Source: Chloroflexota bacterium (GTDB taxonomy: Bacteria > Chloroflexota > UBA11872 > VXOZ01). Taken from it: a stretch of 64,000 bases of DNA. The stretch is taken from positions 585,875 to 649,874 of the forward strand of contig CAXXVD010000003.1 of assembly GCA_963662335.2 (NCBI GenBank), in the 5' to 3' direction. The position numbers and the translations under genes were made by a program. Below, piece by piece: positions 38,370 to 48,665 of the stretch; positions within the stretch are counted from its first letter, which is position 1; each line of letters starts with the position of its first letter. The notes beneath the pieces were generated by a model that did no database searches, was not told the origin of the DNA, and saw nothing but the letters and a program-made list of their open reading frames with translations.

Positions 38370-39800
38370 TCACGATTCCCGCGCGTTGTCGGCCGCGGCC
38401 GGCAGGGTCACCGTAAACGTCGTGCCCTGGCCCTCCACGCTCTCGGCGTCGATCGCGCCGCCGTGCGCCTGCACCACGTGCTTCACGATGGCCAGTCCCA
38501 GGCCGAAGCCCTCGCTGTGGCGGGAGCGGTCCACCTTGTAGAAGCGCTCGAAGACGTGGGGCAGGTGCTTGCGGGGGATGCCCATGCCGGTGTCGCGCAC
38601 GCGTAGGCGGACGCTGCCGTTCTCCGCGTGCGCCGAGAGCAGTATGTGCCCGCGCTTGGACGTGAACTTGAAGGCATTGTGCAGCAGGTTGCTCAAGACC
38701 TGGCGCAGCTTCTCCTCGTCGCCGCGGACCCGCGGCAGGCGCTCCGGCAGGGTCACGTCGAGCGCAATCTTCTTCTTCTCCGCCTGCTGGCGGTGCGCCT
38801 CCTGTAGTTCCGCCACGAGCGGGCGCAGATCCAACGGCGTGAGTTCCAGGCCGGCCTGCTCGCTCTCCAGCCGGGAAAGTTCCATCAACTCGTCCACCAT
38901 CGCGGCCATGCGGTCCACGTCGCTGTTGATGCGGCGCAGGAAGTCCTTGGCGCGCTTCTTGTCTTTCAGCGCGCCGCTCTCCAGCGACTCGACCAGGCCC
39001 TTCACCGCGGCCAGCGGCCCGCGCAGTTCGTGGGAGACGTTGCTCACGAACTCCCGGCGGGTCGTCTCCACCTGGCGAATGCGCGTGAGGTCGTGCATCG
39101 TCAGCAGCACGCTGGAGTCGCCGTGTTCGGCCAGCGGCGTGGTGATCACGCTGAGATATTTCGCGCCCCACTGCGCCATTTCCACCTCGCCGTGCTGCAC
39201 CGCGCCCTCCGATGCGCAGCGGGTGACGAGGTGCTGCACGCTGTAGTCGCGGATGACCTCGCTGCAGCGCCGGCCGAGCGCCTCTCCGCCGGTGAGATTG
39301 AGTATCTGTTCGGCGGCGTGATTTACCAGCACGATGCGGCCGGCGCCGTCGATGACGACCACGCCGTCAGCCATGGTGTTGAGCACGGCGGTCAACTTGC
39401 CGCGCTCCAGCGAGAGGTCGCGCACCACGTCGCGCACGGAAGCGGCCATGCGGTTGAAGGCCTGGGCCAGTTCCTGGGTCTCGCGGCTGTCCTGGGCCTG
39501 GACGCGGTAATCGAGTTGGCCGGCGGCGAGTTGATGGGCGGCCTCGGTGAGCGCGCCAAGCGAGCGCGCCGCGCCGGCCGCGGCGGCGTAGCCCGCCAGC
39601 GCCGCCAACGCCACGCCGGCCGCGCCGATCACACCGAGCGCAACGAGGTCGCGCCCAACACCCGCCGCCGCGTCTCTGCCAACGCCCGCAACGAAATAGG
39701 CGCCGGCCGCGCCGAGCGTGAGCACAACCAGCGCGGCGCCGGCCAACGTGACGCGCCATTGCAGCGAACGTCGACTTCGTCGCAGATGAGGAAATTTCAT
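38370..39800 (-). CDS. phoR: PhoR-like histidine kinase (TM-HAMP-PAS-HisKA-HATPase)
   Basis: RREFVSNVSHELR, NLLHNAFKF, DTGMGI, FERFYKVD, GLGLAIVKH; next to phoU. Confidence 0.85.
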   Translation of the reverse strand: MKFPHLRRSRRSLQWRVTLAGAALVVLTLGAAGAYFVAGVGRDAAAGVGRDLVALGVIGAAGVALAALAGYAAAAGAARSLGALTEAAHQLAAGQLDYRVQAQDSRETQELAQAFNRMAASVRDVVRDLSLERGKLTAVLNTMADGVVVIDGAGRIVLVNHAAEQILNLTGGEALGRRCSEVIRDYSVQHLVTRCASEGAVQHGEVEMAQWGAKYLSVITTPLAEHGDSSVLLTMHDLTRIRQVETTRREFVSNVSHELRGPLAAVKGLVESLESGALKDKKRAKDFLRRINSDVDRMAAMVDELMELSRLESEQAGLELTPLDLRPLVAELQEAHRQQAEKKKIALDVTLPERLPRVRGDEEKLRQVLSNLLHNAFKFTSKRGHILLSAHAENGSVRLRVRDTGMGIPRKHLPHVFERFYKVDRSRHSEGFGLGLAIVKHVVQAHGGAIDAESVEGQGTTFTVTLPAAADNARES

Positions 39801-40501
39801 GCTTCAAACCGGTAGCCCACGCCCCGCACGGTCACGATGCGGGTCGGTTCGCTGGGTTCCGCCTCGATCTTCTCCCGCAGCCGGCGCACGTGCACGTCCA
39901 CCGTCCGGCTGTCGCCCACCCAATCGAAGCCCCAGATGCGCTCCAGGATCTGGTCGCGGCTGAAGACCCGGTTGCGGCCGGACATGAGCAGCGCCAGCAG
40001 GCTGAATTCCTTGGGCTTGAGGGCCAGCGCGCGGTCGCCCAGGGTTGCGGTGTGGCTGCCGAGGTTTAGCTCCAGGTCGGCCGCGCGGAGCACGGTGGCG
40101 GCGGCGTCCTCCTGGGGTCGATTCTTGCCGCCCGGCCCCGCCCGGCGGCGCACGGCGCGCATCCGCGCCAGCAACTCGCGCGTGCTGAAGGGCTTCACCA
40201 CGTAGTCGTCCGCGCCCAGTTCCAGGCCGACCACCCGGTCAACCTCTTCACCCTTTGCCGTGAGCATGATGATCGGCGCGGCCGTCTCCTGGCGCAGGAT
40301 GCGGCAGACTTCCAGGCCGTCGAGCACCGGCAGCATGATGTCGAGGATGATGAGGTCGGGCCGCGCCTCTCGCGCCAGTTCCAGACCCTCTTCGCCGTCC
40401 CGGGCGCTGTGCACCGCGTAGCCGTCCTGCTCCAGGCGGTAGCGCAATGCCTCCTGCAGGTTGTCGTCATCTTCGATGATCAGCACGGTTTCGCGTGGCA
40501 A
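39797..40501 (-). CDS. phoB: OmpR/PhoB family response regulator
   Basis: LDIMLP, GADDYVVKPF, RTVDVHVRRLREK; ATGA overlap with the kinase gene. Confidence 0.82.
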   Translation of the reverse strand: MPRETVLIIEDDDNLQEALRYRLEQDGYAVHSARDGEEGLELAREARPDLIILDIMLPVLDGLEVCRILRQETAAPIIMLTAKGEEVDRVVGLELGADDYVVKPFSTRELLARMRAVRRRAGPGGKNRPQEDAAATVLRAADLELNLGSHTATLGDRALALKPKEFSLLALLMSGRNRVFSRDQILERIWGFDWVGDSRTVDVHVRRLREKIEAEPSEPTRIVTVRGVGYRFEA

Positions 40502-41006
40502 TGGCTTCTCCCCAGCAGTACGGTCGGATTAGCGCGCGGCGCCGCAACGCATCGTGTACGAAGCGATGGAAGCGCGCTCAGCCTCTATTATGTCACACGC
40601 GCGCGGCGCGGGGCAGGACGCTCGCCGTTCGCAACCATGTTGACCGCAAGCGCAGAGCTATCTATGATCGATGGAGCACGCAAACGGAGCGCAGGGAAGA
40701 TGTCCGGCGCGCCATCGGCAACTCTCGACTGCTTGTTGGGCTTCAGCGAAGAGATGGTCGCGTTTCACAGGCGGTGCCGAGCGGACACCCCTGCCGCGCA
40801 TAAAGTACGGCGCGGCGACCGAGAAGCTATCCAACAAGGCCTTACTAAAGTAGCCCCCTCACTTTAATGCGACAACATTGGGGACAAGCCCCCGCGCTAC
40901 GATTGGTGGCGTCTCTCTTGTCCGTCATTGCCGTAGAAAGGGAGTACGGCTCGAACGTTAAGATGGCGGCCAAAAGAAGAAGTGGTCAGGCAGCCAAGAC
41001 GTGCTC

Positions 41007-41396
41007 TCAGCCCGCTGTCGCAATCATCCAATGGTTGCCGCCGGGATCCAGGACGCGGGCCACGCGGTCGCCGTAGGGCTCGTCCGCCGGCCCGGCAATG
41101 GCCGTCGCGCCGGCTGCAACGGCCTGGGCAAACGTGCGGTCCACGTCCCCGACGTAGAGGTGTATGAGCGATGTGGTGGCGGGAAAGTCGGGCGGGAAGG
41201 CATCGGCCACCATTAGAACGGCGCCGCCGATTTCGACCTCGGCGTGACCGACACCGCCTTGGGGCATGGGCACGCGGCGGCGCTCCACGGCGTCAAACGC
41301 AGCCGCCAAGAAATCGATGTACCCGGCAGCGTCTGCCACGAGTAGATACGGCGTAACGGCCGTGTAGCCATCGGGAATAGGTTTACAGGCGGACAC
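41007..41396 (-). CDS. VOC/glyoxalase family protein (PhnB-like)
   Basis: VTPYL, HAEVEIG, YGDR..RV.DP.GN.W. Confidence 0.9.
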   Translation of the reverse strand: MSACKPIPDGYTAVTPYLLVADAAGYIDFLAAAFDAVERRRVPMPQGGVGHAEVEIGGAVLMVADAFPPDFPATTSLIHLYVGDVDRTFAQAVAAGATAIAGPADEPYGDRVARVLDPGGNHWMIATAG

Positions 41397-41484
41397 TGTG
41401 CGTCCTTTCGCGTGGGAACCCCACTGGACTATAGGAGAGCCTTGTCCCCGCTGTCAAACGAAACGCAACCCGGCATGATAATGA

Positions 41485-42048
41485 TTGATAAGACACGCCC
41501 CACCGGGTAGTCTCCGGAGCGAACACGTGGTCGACCCATCCTTTGAAACGTCAATCACTCTACCCGCCCTTGGCGTGGCGCGCTTCTATTGTCTGCGCAC
41601 AACGGACGCCGACCTCATTTACGCCTTCTTCCAGGCGCTCGGCAAGCAGACCCGCGCGTGGTTCCGGCCGCATACGCCGTGGACGTATGCCGTGGCGCAA
41701 GACCTGGCGGCCCAGGCGGAAGACCCCGACTATATCCGCTTTCTCGTCCTCGCACAGAGGGAGGGCAAAGAAGAGCCGGCCGGCTACGGATTCTTTGAAA
41801 ACCTACAGTCCCCGCGCCCGGTGCTCGGCATCGCGGTGGCCGACGCGTACCAAGAGAAGGGACTCGGTCAGGCAATAATGCAACACCTGAAAGATGTTGC
41901 GCGTCAATTGGGCAAGAGGCATATCCTCCTCACGGTGGACGGCGACAACCTGCGGGCGCGGCACGTCTACGCGAAGCTGGGCTTCACGCAGACGCGGCTG
42001 ATCCCGGGGAGTTCCCACAACGCCCGTGATATGGAGTGCGAACTGTAG
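41485..42048 (+). CDS. GNAT N-acetyltransferase
   Basis: V...YQEKGLG, N.RA..VY.KLGF; start may be GTG 41527. Confidence 0.85.
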   Translation: MIRHAPPGSLRSEHVVDPSFETSITLPALGVARFYCLRTTDADLIYAFFQALGKQTRAWFRPHTPWTYAVAQDLAAQAEDPDYIRFLVLAQREGKEEPAGYGFFENLQSPRPVLGIAVADAYQEKGLGQAIMQHLKDVARQLGKRHILLTVDGDNLRARHVYAKLGFTQTRLIPGSSHNARDMECEL

Positions 42049-42199
42049 CCGGTCGGTTGCCGCCGGCACGTTTGAAACCGCGGGCCGCTTCCGGGCGATT
42101 CTTCAGTCTCCGCTCTTGCCGACGCACGCTATAGAGTCGTATTCTAGGCGAAACAGCTTCGCCAAATTGCCCATAGGAGCGAGAGGAGCACGAGATCTC

Positions 42200-44896
42200 A
42201 TGGCGATCAAGACATGGCCGGCCGAGGTCAACAGCGTCCGCAAAGCGACCGTGGTTCCCTGGGATGACGTCACGTTGCCGGAGGAGATCTTCATCGTCCC
42301 CGGCGCGCACTTCGACTTCGGCTGGTGCGCGGGCATCTCCGAGTGCCTCGCCTACGCCGACGAACTTATCAAAGGCTCTATCGACGCCATCACCGGCCCG
42401 ACGCCGGACTACCGCTTTACCGTTGAGTACGCCGCTTTTCTGCGCCACTTCCTCACACGCTTCCCGGAGTACCTGCCCACGGTGAAGCAACTCATCGCGG
42501 AGCGCAAGCTGGAGACCACCGCCGCCATGGTCGGCTACATGGAGGACATCCTCGACGGCGAACTCATGGTGCGGGAGATCGTGCACGCCAAGCACTTCGC
42601 CCGTGACGTGCTGGACTGCGACCTGCCCACGGCGCAGCACTCGGACCTGCCCGGCCACACGCCGCAGACGCCACAACTGCTCGCCAAAGCGGGCGTGAAG
42701 TACTTTTCCTACACGCGCTTCCGCCCGTATTCGCCGGTGCACTGGTGGGAAGCCCCCGACGGCTCGCGGGTGCTGGCGGCCAACCACATGAACAACTACG
42801 GCTGGGCCTTTCTGCTCACCAACCCGGAACTGGGCTGGCTGCCCGAGTACGAGGGCGATGAGCCGGAAGTCTACTCGATTTCGGAGGCCATGCGTCTCTG
42901 GCCCCTGCCCGTGCTCCTGATGATGGGCCAGTCCGACTTGCGCCCGCCGGTGCCGGCGGACATGGTCGCCAGGGCCAAGGAATTGACGGCGGAAGGCAAG
43001 CTGAACTTCACCTTCTCAACGATCACGGGCTTCTTCGAGGCCGCCGAGCGCACCGGCCTGGTGGACGATTTGCCCGTCTACGGCGGCCATTACCCGTACG
43101 CCTTCTACTCGATCCCGGCTTTTGCGACGCGCGTCTATCTGGAAGCGCGGCGCGCCGAGAATGCCCTTGCCAGCGCGGAGAAACTCTCCGCTATCCGCGG
43201 CCTGCTGGGCCTGGGCGCGTACCCGCGCGCCGAACTCGATCCCGCCTGGGAAGATCTCTATAACTGCCATGACCACAATGTTGGGGGCAGGCATGGGGAG
43301 CTCAACGACGACGTGCGCTACAAGACCGCCGTGCACGCCCACATGGTCGGCATGGAAATTGCCCGCGAGGCCAACAACCAATTTGCCACCCACGTCAATT
43401 ACACGCCGCCCAGCGACGCGGCGCGCACGCTGCTGGTCAGCAACCCGCTCAACTGGGACCGCGCCGACGTGGTGGTGGACTACATGGAGTTCGGCGGCGA
43501 TAACGTCACCGGCGTGCGCGTCACCGATGGGCAGGGCAACGAGATGCCGTGCCAGGTGCTCGCGGCGCAAAACGCCGGCGATGACCGCGTCGATGCCGCC
43601 GGCATGCAGTATTCGCGGGTGGACTTCGCGTTCCTGGCCAAGGACGTGCCTTCGCTGGGCATCAAGGCCTTCTACCTGGAGCCCCGGGTCGGCGCCAGCG
43701 ACCAGGATACGCGCCGCATGACCATGGAACACGTGGTGGAGAACGACCACTTCCGCCTGGACGTCAGCGGCGGCATGGTGAAGAGCCTGCAATGGAAGCG
43801 GCCGGACGGCTCGAATGTGGAGTTAGCCGCCCAGGCCGACCACTACTTCAACGAGGTGGTGGTGATCGAGGACCTGCGCTTCGACCTGGAAGACTCGCAA
43901 GACGAGCAGGCCATGAAGGTGCCAACCACCGATGAGGCGCTGGACGTGCAGGCCAGAGGCGAACAGTGGCTGGCGGACACGAACTTTACCGGCCGCGAGT
44001 GGCGGGCCAGCGACGGGCCGACGCAGGTGCAGTGGGTCGAGCGCGGGCCGCTCTGGACCACCGTCTGCCTGCGCAGCCACGTGCGGGAAGCGCCGATCAC
44101 GCAGCAGATCCGCCTGCACAACCACGAGCCGCGCGTTGACCTGACCACCACTATCGACTGGAACGGCACGAAGAATACCCAGGTGCGCCTGGCCCTGCCG
44201 TTCAACGTGGCGGACGGCGCGGTGACGTATGAGGTGCCCTTTGGCAACGTGGTCTTTGGCGAGGGCGAGGTGCCGAACACCTATCGCGGCGACGGCACGC
44301 GCTGGGTGCAGAAGTGGCTGGACGTCTCCAACGGCGACTACGGCGTCACCCTGGGCACCAGCAACTGCGGCCACGCCATCAAAGGCACGGACATCTACGC
44401 GAATCTCATTCGCACGGCCTACTCCTGCGGCACGCCGTTCTTCGAGTACCCGAATCTCGGCGTGCACACCTACCACGCCACGCTCGTGCCCCACGCGGGC
44501 GATTGGCGCGGCGCGAACGCCGAGCGGGTCGGCTGGCAGCACTGGAACCCCTTGCAAGCCGCCAAGCTGGCTACCGCCGCGCCCATGCAGCCGTTCGCGG
44601 GTAACACGTTCCTGAGTGACGAAGAGAGTTTCGTGCGTACGGATGCGTCGAACGTGGTGATCACCACCATCCAGGAACACCCGGAGCGCCCCGGCGCCTG
44701 GCTGCTGCGCCTCTTCGAGGCCCACGGCGAAGAGGACACGACGGTCACGCTGCAACTGCCGCGCGCGGTGGCAGCGGCGTGGGTCACCAATCTGATGGGC
44801 GATTTGGAGACCGAACTTGCGGTCTCCGGCAATACGGTCACCGTGCCGTTGGGCGGCTACGAGATCGAGACGCTCGCCGTTGCCTTTGCCGGCTAG
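42200..44896 (+). CDS. Glycoside hydrolase family 38 (alpha-mannosidase-like)
   Basis: HFDFGW, DLPGH, WWEAPDGS, CHDH, V.NPL.W.R, YEVPFG, LRLFE. Confidence 0.88.
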   Translation: MAIKTWPAEVNSVRKATVVPWDDVTLPEEIFIVPGAHFDFGWCAGISECLAYADELIKGSIDAITGPTPDYRFTVEYAAFLRHFLTRFPEYLPTVKQLIAERKLETTAAMVGYMEDILDGELMVREIVHAKHFARDVLDCDLPTAQHSDLPGHTPQTPQLLAKAGVKYFSYTRFRPYSPVHWWEAPDGSRVLAANHMNNYGWAFLLTNPELGWLPEYEGDEPEVYSISEAMRLWPLPVLLMMGQSDLRPPVPADMVARAKELTAEGKLNFTFSTITGFFEAAERTGLVDDLPVYGGHYPYAFYSIPAFATRVYLEARRAENALASAEKLSAIRGLLGLGAYPRAELDPAWEDLYNCHDHNVGGRHGELNDDVRYKTAVHAHMVGMEIAREANNQFATHVNYTPPSDAARTLLVSNPLNWDRADVVVDYMEFGGDNVTGVRVTDGQGNEMPCQVLAAQNAGDDRVDAAGMQYSRVDFAFLAKDVPSLGIKAFYLEPRVGASDQDTRRMTMEHVVENDHFRLDVSGGMVKSLQWKRPDGSNVELAAQADHYFNEVVVIEDLRFDLEDSQDEQAMKVPTTDEALDVQARGEQWLADTNFTGREWRASDGPTQVQWVERGPLWTTVCLRSHVREAPITQQIRLHNHEPRVDLTTTIDWNGTKNTQVRLALPFNVADGAVTYEVPFGNVVFGEGEVPNTYRGDGTRWVQKWLDVSNGDYGVTLGTSNCGHAIKGTDIYANLIRTAYSCGTPFFEYPNLGVHTYHATLVPHAGDWRGANAERVGWQHWNPLQAAKLATAAPMQPFAGNTFLSDEESFVRTDASNVVITTIQEHPERPGAWLLRLFEAHGEEDTTVTLQLPRAVAAAWVTNLMGDLETELAVSGNTVTVPLGGYEIETLAVAFAG

Positions 44897-44989
44897 AGGG
44901 CGCGCTACGGCCTGGGCGGTAATGGCGCTCTGGGCCGGCACGGCTGCGTAACCCCGGTTGCGCCGCATCCGGCCCAGAGCGTGACCGGA

Positions 44990-45967
44990 TTAGTGAAGCG
45001 CCGCCGCGCCGTTGCGGTTGCTCAGCCAGAGGCGCACCAGGTGCCGCCGCCGTTCCGGTTCGGGATAGTCCTCGAACGAGGTGCGGTTGTGCAGCAGCCA
45101 GTGGTTGCTGGTGAAGAGCATCTGGCCCGGCTCCAGCAGCAGTTCCACGTGGAGTTCCGGCCGGCGCAGCGTGGCTTCCACCGCCGCCAGCGCCCGTTCC
45201 TGCGCCGGGCTGAACGGCTCGTCCATGCGCTCCTGGCCGACCTGGATGTAGTAGTACAGGTAGCGAATGTGCAGGCCGTGGTCGTCCCAGCGGAAGACCG
45301 GCGCTTCGAACACCGGCTTTTCGCCTTCCTTGAACTGCCCGCGCCGGTCGAAGTAGAAATTCTCGTAGAGAGCCGGCAAATCCTGCGGATGCTCCTCGAG
45401 CAACGCATTATGCAGCGAATACGCGCTCAGGAACTGGCTCCGGCCGCCTGACTTCGCCCCGTGCAAGCTGAGCAGGCCCAGGATGTCGGGAATGGGATCG
45501 CCGAAGCAGTGGTCCATGTGGAAACTGCTCTCCACGTTGCTCACGGAGAAGCGCGCCCCTTTGGTCGGGTCTTGGCCGGTGTCGCGCACGTCGTAGAGCA
45601 GCGTGCCTTTCACGTCCTGGGCAAAGGGCGCGCCCAGCAGTTGGCCGACCACCCAGTAGAGCGCCTGCGCTTCCGCGCGGGTGTATCGCTCCAGGGAGAG
45701 ACGCTCCACGATGGCAAATCCTCGTCCGGTCTCCAAACCGGCCAGCGCGCCTTCCAAGACGGCGGCGCACGCCGGGAAATTCGCGGGCTCGATGCGCGTT
45801 TCCGTAAGCGGCCGGGACGCGCCCGGCAGTACAGCCAAGAAGCCGTCAAGCTCTCTGAAGCACGCCGGCGTCAACGTGTAGCGCCATGCCGCCTCAGCGT
45901 CGATCGTCTGCGCGGTCCACGCCCGTGAGTCGGTGATCGCTTCCGAGAGAATCTGCGCGGTTGCCAT
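44990..45967 (-). CDS. TauD/TfdA Fe(II)/2-oxoglutarate dioxygenase
   Basis: FHMD, LHNRT.F.D, RRHLVRLW. Confidence 0.9.
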   Translation of the reverse strand: MATAQILSEAITDSRAWTAQTIDAEAAWRYTLTPACFRELDGFLAVLPGASRPLTETRIEPANFPACAAVLEGALAGLETGRGFAIVERLSLERYTRAEAQALYWVVGQLLGAPFAQDVKGTLLYDVRDTGQDPTKGARFSVSNVESSFHMDHCFGDPIPDILGLLSLHGAKSGGRSQFLSAYSLHNALLEEHPQDLPALYENFYFDRRGQFKEGEKPVFEAPVFRWDDHGLHIRYLYYYIQVGQERMDEPFSPAQERALAAVEATLRRPELHVELLLEPGQMLFTSNHWLLHNRTSFEDYPEPERRRHLVRLWLSNRNGAAALH

Positions 45968-46389
45968 TGTGTTATTCCTCCTGCGTTCTCTGCTGTGCGG
46001 TGCCTTGGCGCATGATTCGAGTTTCAGGTCATCACTTCGATCTTCGGTCTTGGCGTCTCGATGCTTGCGTCACCCCAACGCCACACCGTCGAGGGCGTAC
46101 CCGGCTGCTACGACCACTGTCGACATTCTACACCACTGGGCGCGGCGCTTTCCTGGGGTCACCAACCGCGTTATCCTTCCTTTCCCTTCACGAAGTCTCA
46201 CGTGATTGAGAGGTCGGCGGCGCGACCGCAGCCGGCCGTGCGCGTGTCGGGCCTCCGCCCGTCCTTGAATCCGCCTACCCGCCGCGCTAGAATCGGTACG
46301 TCCGCATGGGCAGCGCGGTAGGCTTGCGTATTCTCCCGCGAGCCCCGGATTACCATTGTGGCGGTATGAGTGGCTTGCGGCGGCTGAGC

Positions 46390-47802
46390 ATGGCAATGAA
46401 GAGCGCGGGAATCGAAAGCCGGCAGTTGCGGGAACCGGCTGCGGAAGCCGACGGGGGCACGTACCTCAGGCGGCTGCGCGACCGGCGGAACGCCTATCTG
46501 GCGCGCATGGCGCCGCTGTGGGCGCGGGCGCACCCGTACGCGCGGCGAGTATTGCGGGAGCGCGGTTTGACGGCGGCGGACTTCCGTACGGTGGACGACA
46601 TTGCCAAGCTGCCGCCCATGACCAAGCAGGACTACGTGCGGGAGCCTGAGCGGTTTCGCTTGGACGCCAGCCGGGTACCCGGCCTTAGCTTGGAAGAAAG
46701 AACCCTGGCCGACGTCATCTATACCGCGGGTTCCACCGGCGAGCCGACGCCGTTCTACGACACGGTGCACGACCGGTTCGCGCGCATCGACCTGCTGGCG
46801 CGCGGCGCGCGCATCGCGGGCATTGGGCCGGCCGACACGGTGATAAACCTCTTTCCCCTGAGCGCCGTGCCGCATCAAGGCTTTCTCAGCGCCGCGTGGG
46901 GGGCCATGGCGACCGGCGGCAAGCTACTCAGCGCCCTGACCGGCCGCGCCTACGCCGACTTTCCCGTGCACCGGCGCATGGACGAGGCCATCGACCTGAT
47001 CGAGAGCCAGCGCGCCACGGTGCTCTGGGGCATTACCTCGTACGTGCGGCGCGTGATCCTGCGCGCGGAGGAGTTGGGTAAGGACTTCAGCGCGGTGCGG
47101 CTGGTGATGGCAATGGGCGAGCCGTGCCCCACCGCCATGCGCGAGGACATGCGCGCCCGCCTTATGCGCCTGGGCAGCGCGCATGTTACGGTCAACAATG
47201 GCTACGGCATGACGGAGTTGATGGGGCCGTCCACGGAGTGCCGCGAAAACGGCGGCGCCCACCTGCCGGCGCCGGAACAGTTCCACATCGAGGTGGTAGA
47301 CCCGGACACCTACGCGCCCGTGCCCGACGGCGCGCGCGGCCTGCTGGTGCTTACGCACCTCAACCGGCGGGGCACGGCGCTGCTGCGCTACGTGGCCGGC
47401 GACGTGGTTGCCCTGACCCACGAGCCGTGCCCCCACTGCGGCCGCTACGAGCCGCGCTTCCTGGGCAGCCCCTACCGGGTGGACGGCCTGACGAAAGTGA
47501 AAGGCACGCTGGTGAATCCGGCGGTGCTGCTGGAAGGCCTCTCCGGCTTGCTGCAGCGCGGGGTGAAGGAGTACCAGGTCGTCATTGCGCGGGAGAATGC
47601 GCGCGATGCGCTCTCCGCCGACGTGCTGCGGGTGCGCGCCGCCTGCGCGGCTGACGCACAGGAGCGTTTGCGGCGGGAAATTACGGCCGCCGTGCGCGCC
47701 GAAACGGAGATCAGCCCGGAGATCGAGTTTCTGCCGCCGGACGGCTTTGGCGAGATGGCCGGCGGGTATAAGTTCAAGCGCTTCGTGGACGAGCGGACGT
47801 GA
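46390..47802 (+). CDS. Phenylacetate-CoA ligase (PaaK)-like AMP-forming ligase
   Basis: YTAGSTGEP, GYGMTE, LLRYVAGD, KVKG..V.P; start uncertain. Confidence 0.85.
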   Translation: MAMKSAGIESRQLREPAAEADGGTYLRRLRDRRNAYLARMAPLWARAHPYARRVLRERGLTAADFRTVDDIAKLPPMTKQDYVREPERFRLDASRVPGLSLEERTLADVIYTAGSTGEPTPFYDTVHDRFARIDLLARGARIAGIGPADTVINLFPLSAVPHQGFLSAAWGAMATGGKLLSALTGRAYADFPVHRRMDEAIDLIESQRATVLWGITSYVRRVILRAEELGKDFSAVRLVMAMGEPCPTAMREDMRARLMRLGSAHVTVNNGYGMTELMGPSTECRENGGAHLPAPEQFHIEVVDPDTYAPVPDGARGLLVLTHLNRRGTALLRYVAGDVVALTHEPCPHCGRYEPRFLGSPYRVDGLTKVKGTLVNPAVLLEGLSGLLQRGVKEYQVVIARENARDALSADVLRVRAACAADAQERLRREITAAVRAETEISPEIEFLPPDGFGEMAGGYKFKRFVDERT

Positions 47803-47818
47803 TACGCGCAATGCTACA

Positions 47819-48077
47819 GTAGCGCGGGGGCTTGTCCCCCGCCTCTCGCGGGGCGGAGAGAAGATGGATTCCCGCCTGCGCGGGAATGACGAGACGTAGC
47901 GCGGGGGCTTGTCCCCCGCCTCTCGCGGGACGGAGAAAAGATGGATTCCCGCCTGCGCGGGAATGACGAGACGTAGCGCGGGGGCTTGTCCCCCGCCTCT
48001 CGCGGGACGGAGAAAAGATGGATTCCCGCCTGCGCGGGAATGACGGAACGTAGCGCGGGGGCTTGTCCCCCGCCTCT
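47819..48077. repeat. BIME-like mosaic: 77-bp unit (family C REP + family A arm), about 3.4 copies
   Basis: GTAG starts at 47819, 47896, 47973, 48050. Confidence 0.95.
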
Positions 48078-48142
48078 TGGCCCCGCACGCAAGCGCCAAC
48101 GCGGGCCAAGAGGCGCGATAACTTGAGAAGGGAAACAGATTC

Positions 48143-48586
48143 GTGGCAACGCCTCAACGCACTGACCAACTGGCGGCGGGCGAAGAACTGGCCCCGTTCA
48201 CGTTCCACGTAACGGAGGAATTCAACGAGAACTACCTGCACGCGGTTGAGGATTTTCATCCGCGCTACATGGCGAGCGGCGGCGCGTCCGCGGAGAATGC
48301 GGCGGCCCCCATCATCCACGCCGGCCTGCTCTTCAACTTCAGCAACCTGACGCGCAGCCCCTCGTTCTCCCTACCGGCCGGCGTCGCGGCGATCCATACC
48401 CACGAAGAGGCGACGTTTCTCGAGCCCGCGCCCGTGGGCAGCACGCTGACCGTTTCCTGGAAGATTGTCGAAATGTATGAGAAACGCGGCCGGCGCTACC
48501 AGGTGGTGGAGGCGCTCATTGCGACTGAAACCGGGAGCCAGGTGCTCCGGCGCGTCTCGACGAACATCTACATGGGAGAAGGGTGA
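48143..48586 (+). CDS. MaoC-like hot-dog-fold dehydratase subunit
   Basis: Y..AVED.HP, IHTHEEA.F..P..VG, YEKRGR. Confidence 0.75.
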   Translation: MATPQRTDQLAAGEELAPFTFHVTEEFNENYLHAVEDFHPRYMASGGASAENAAAPIIHAGLLFNFSNLTRSPSFSLPAGVAAIHTHEEATFLEPAPVGSTLTVSWKIVEMYEKRGRRYQVVEALIATETGSQVLRRVSTNIYMGEG

Positions 48587-48665
48587 TTGTTGAGTGCGAG
48601 GAGACGCGCGCCGCGTCACTCCGGTGAAAGCCGGGGTCCAGGAGGTGCGCGGCGAAGATGGATTC

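Noticed and set aside
40502-41006. Possible small gene or ncRNA upstream of phoB
   Set aside because: Several short overlapping ORFs with no motif, RBS support or recognisable RNA structure
45968-46389. Possible riboswitch between tauD-like and paaK-like genes
   Set aside because: No known aptamer consensus recognised by eye; an Rfam scan would be needed
47819-48077. Possible CRISPR array (palindromic repeats at 77-bp period)
   Set aside because: The intervening sequences are near-identical and are themselves REP arms
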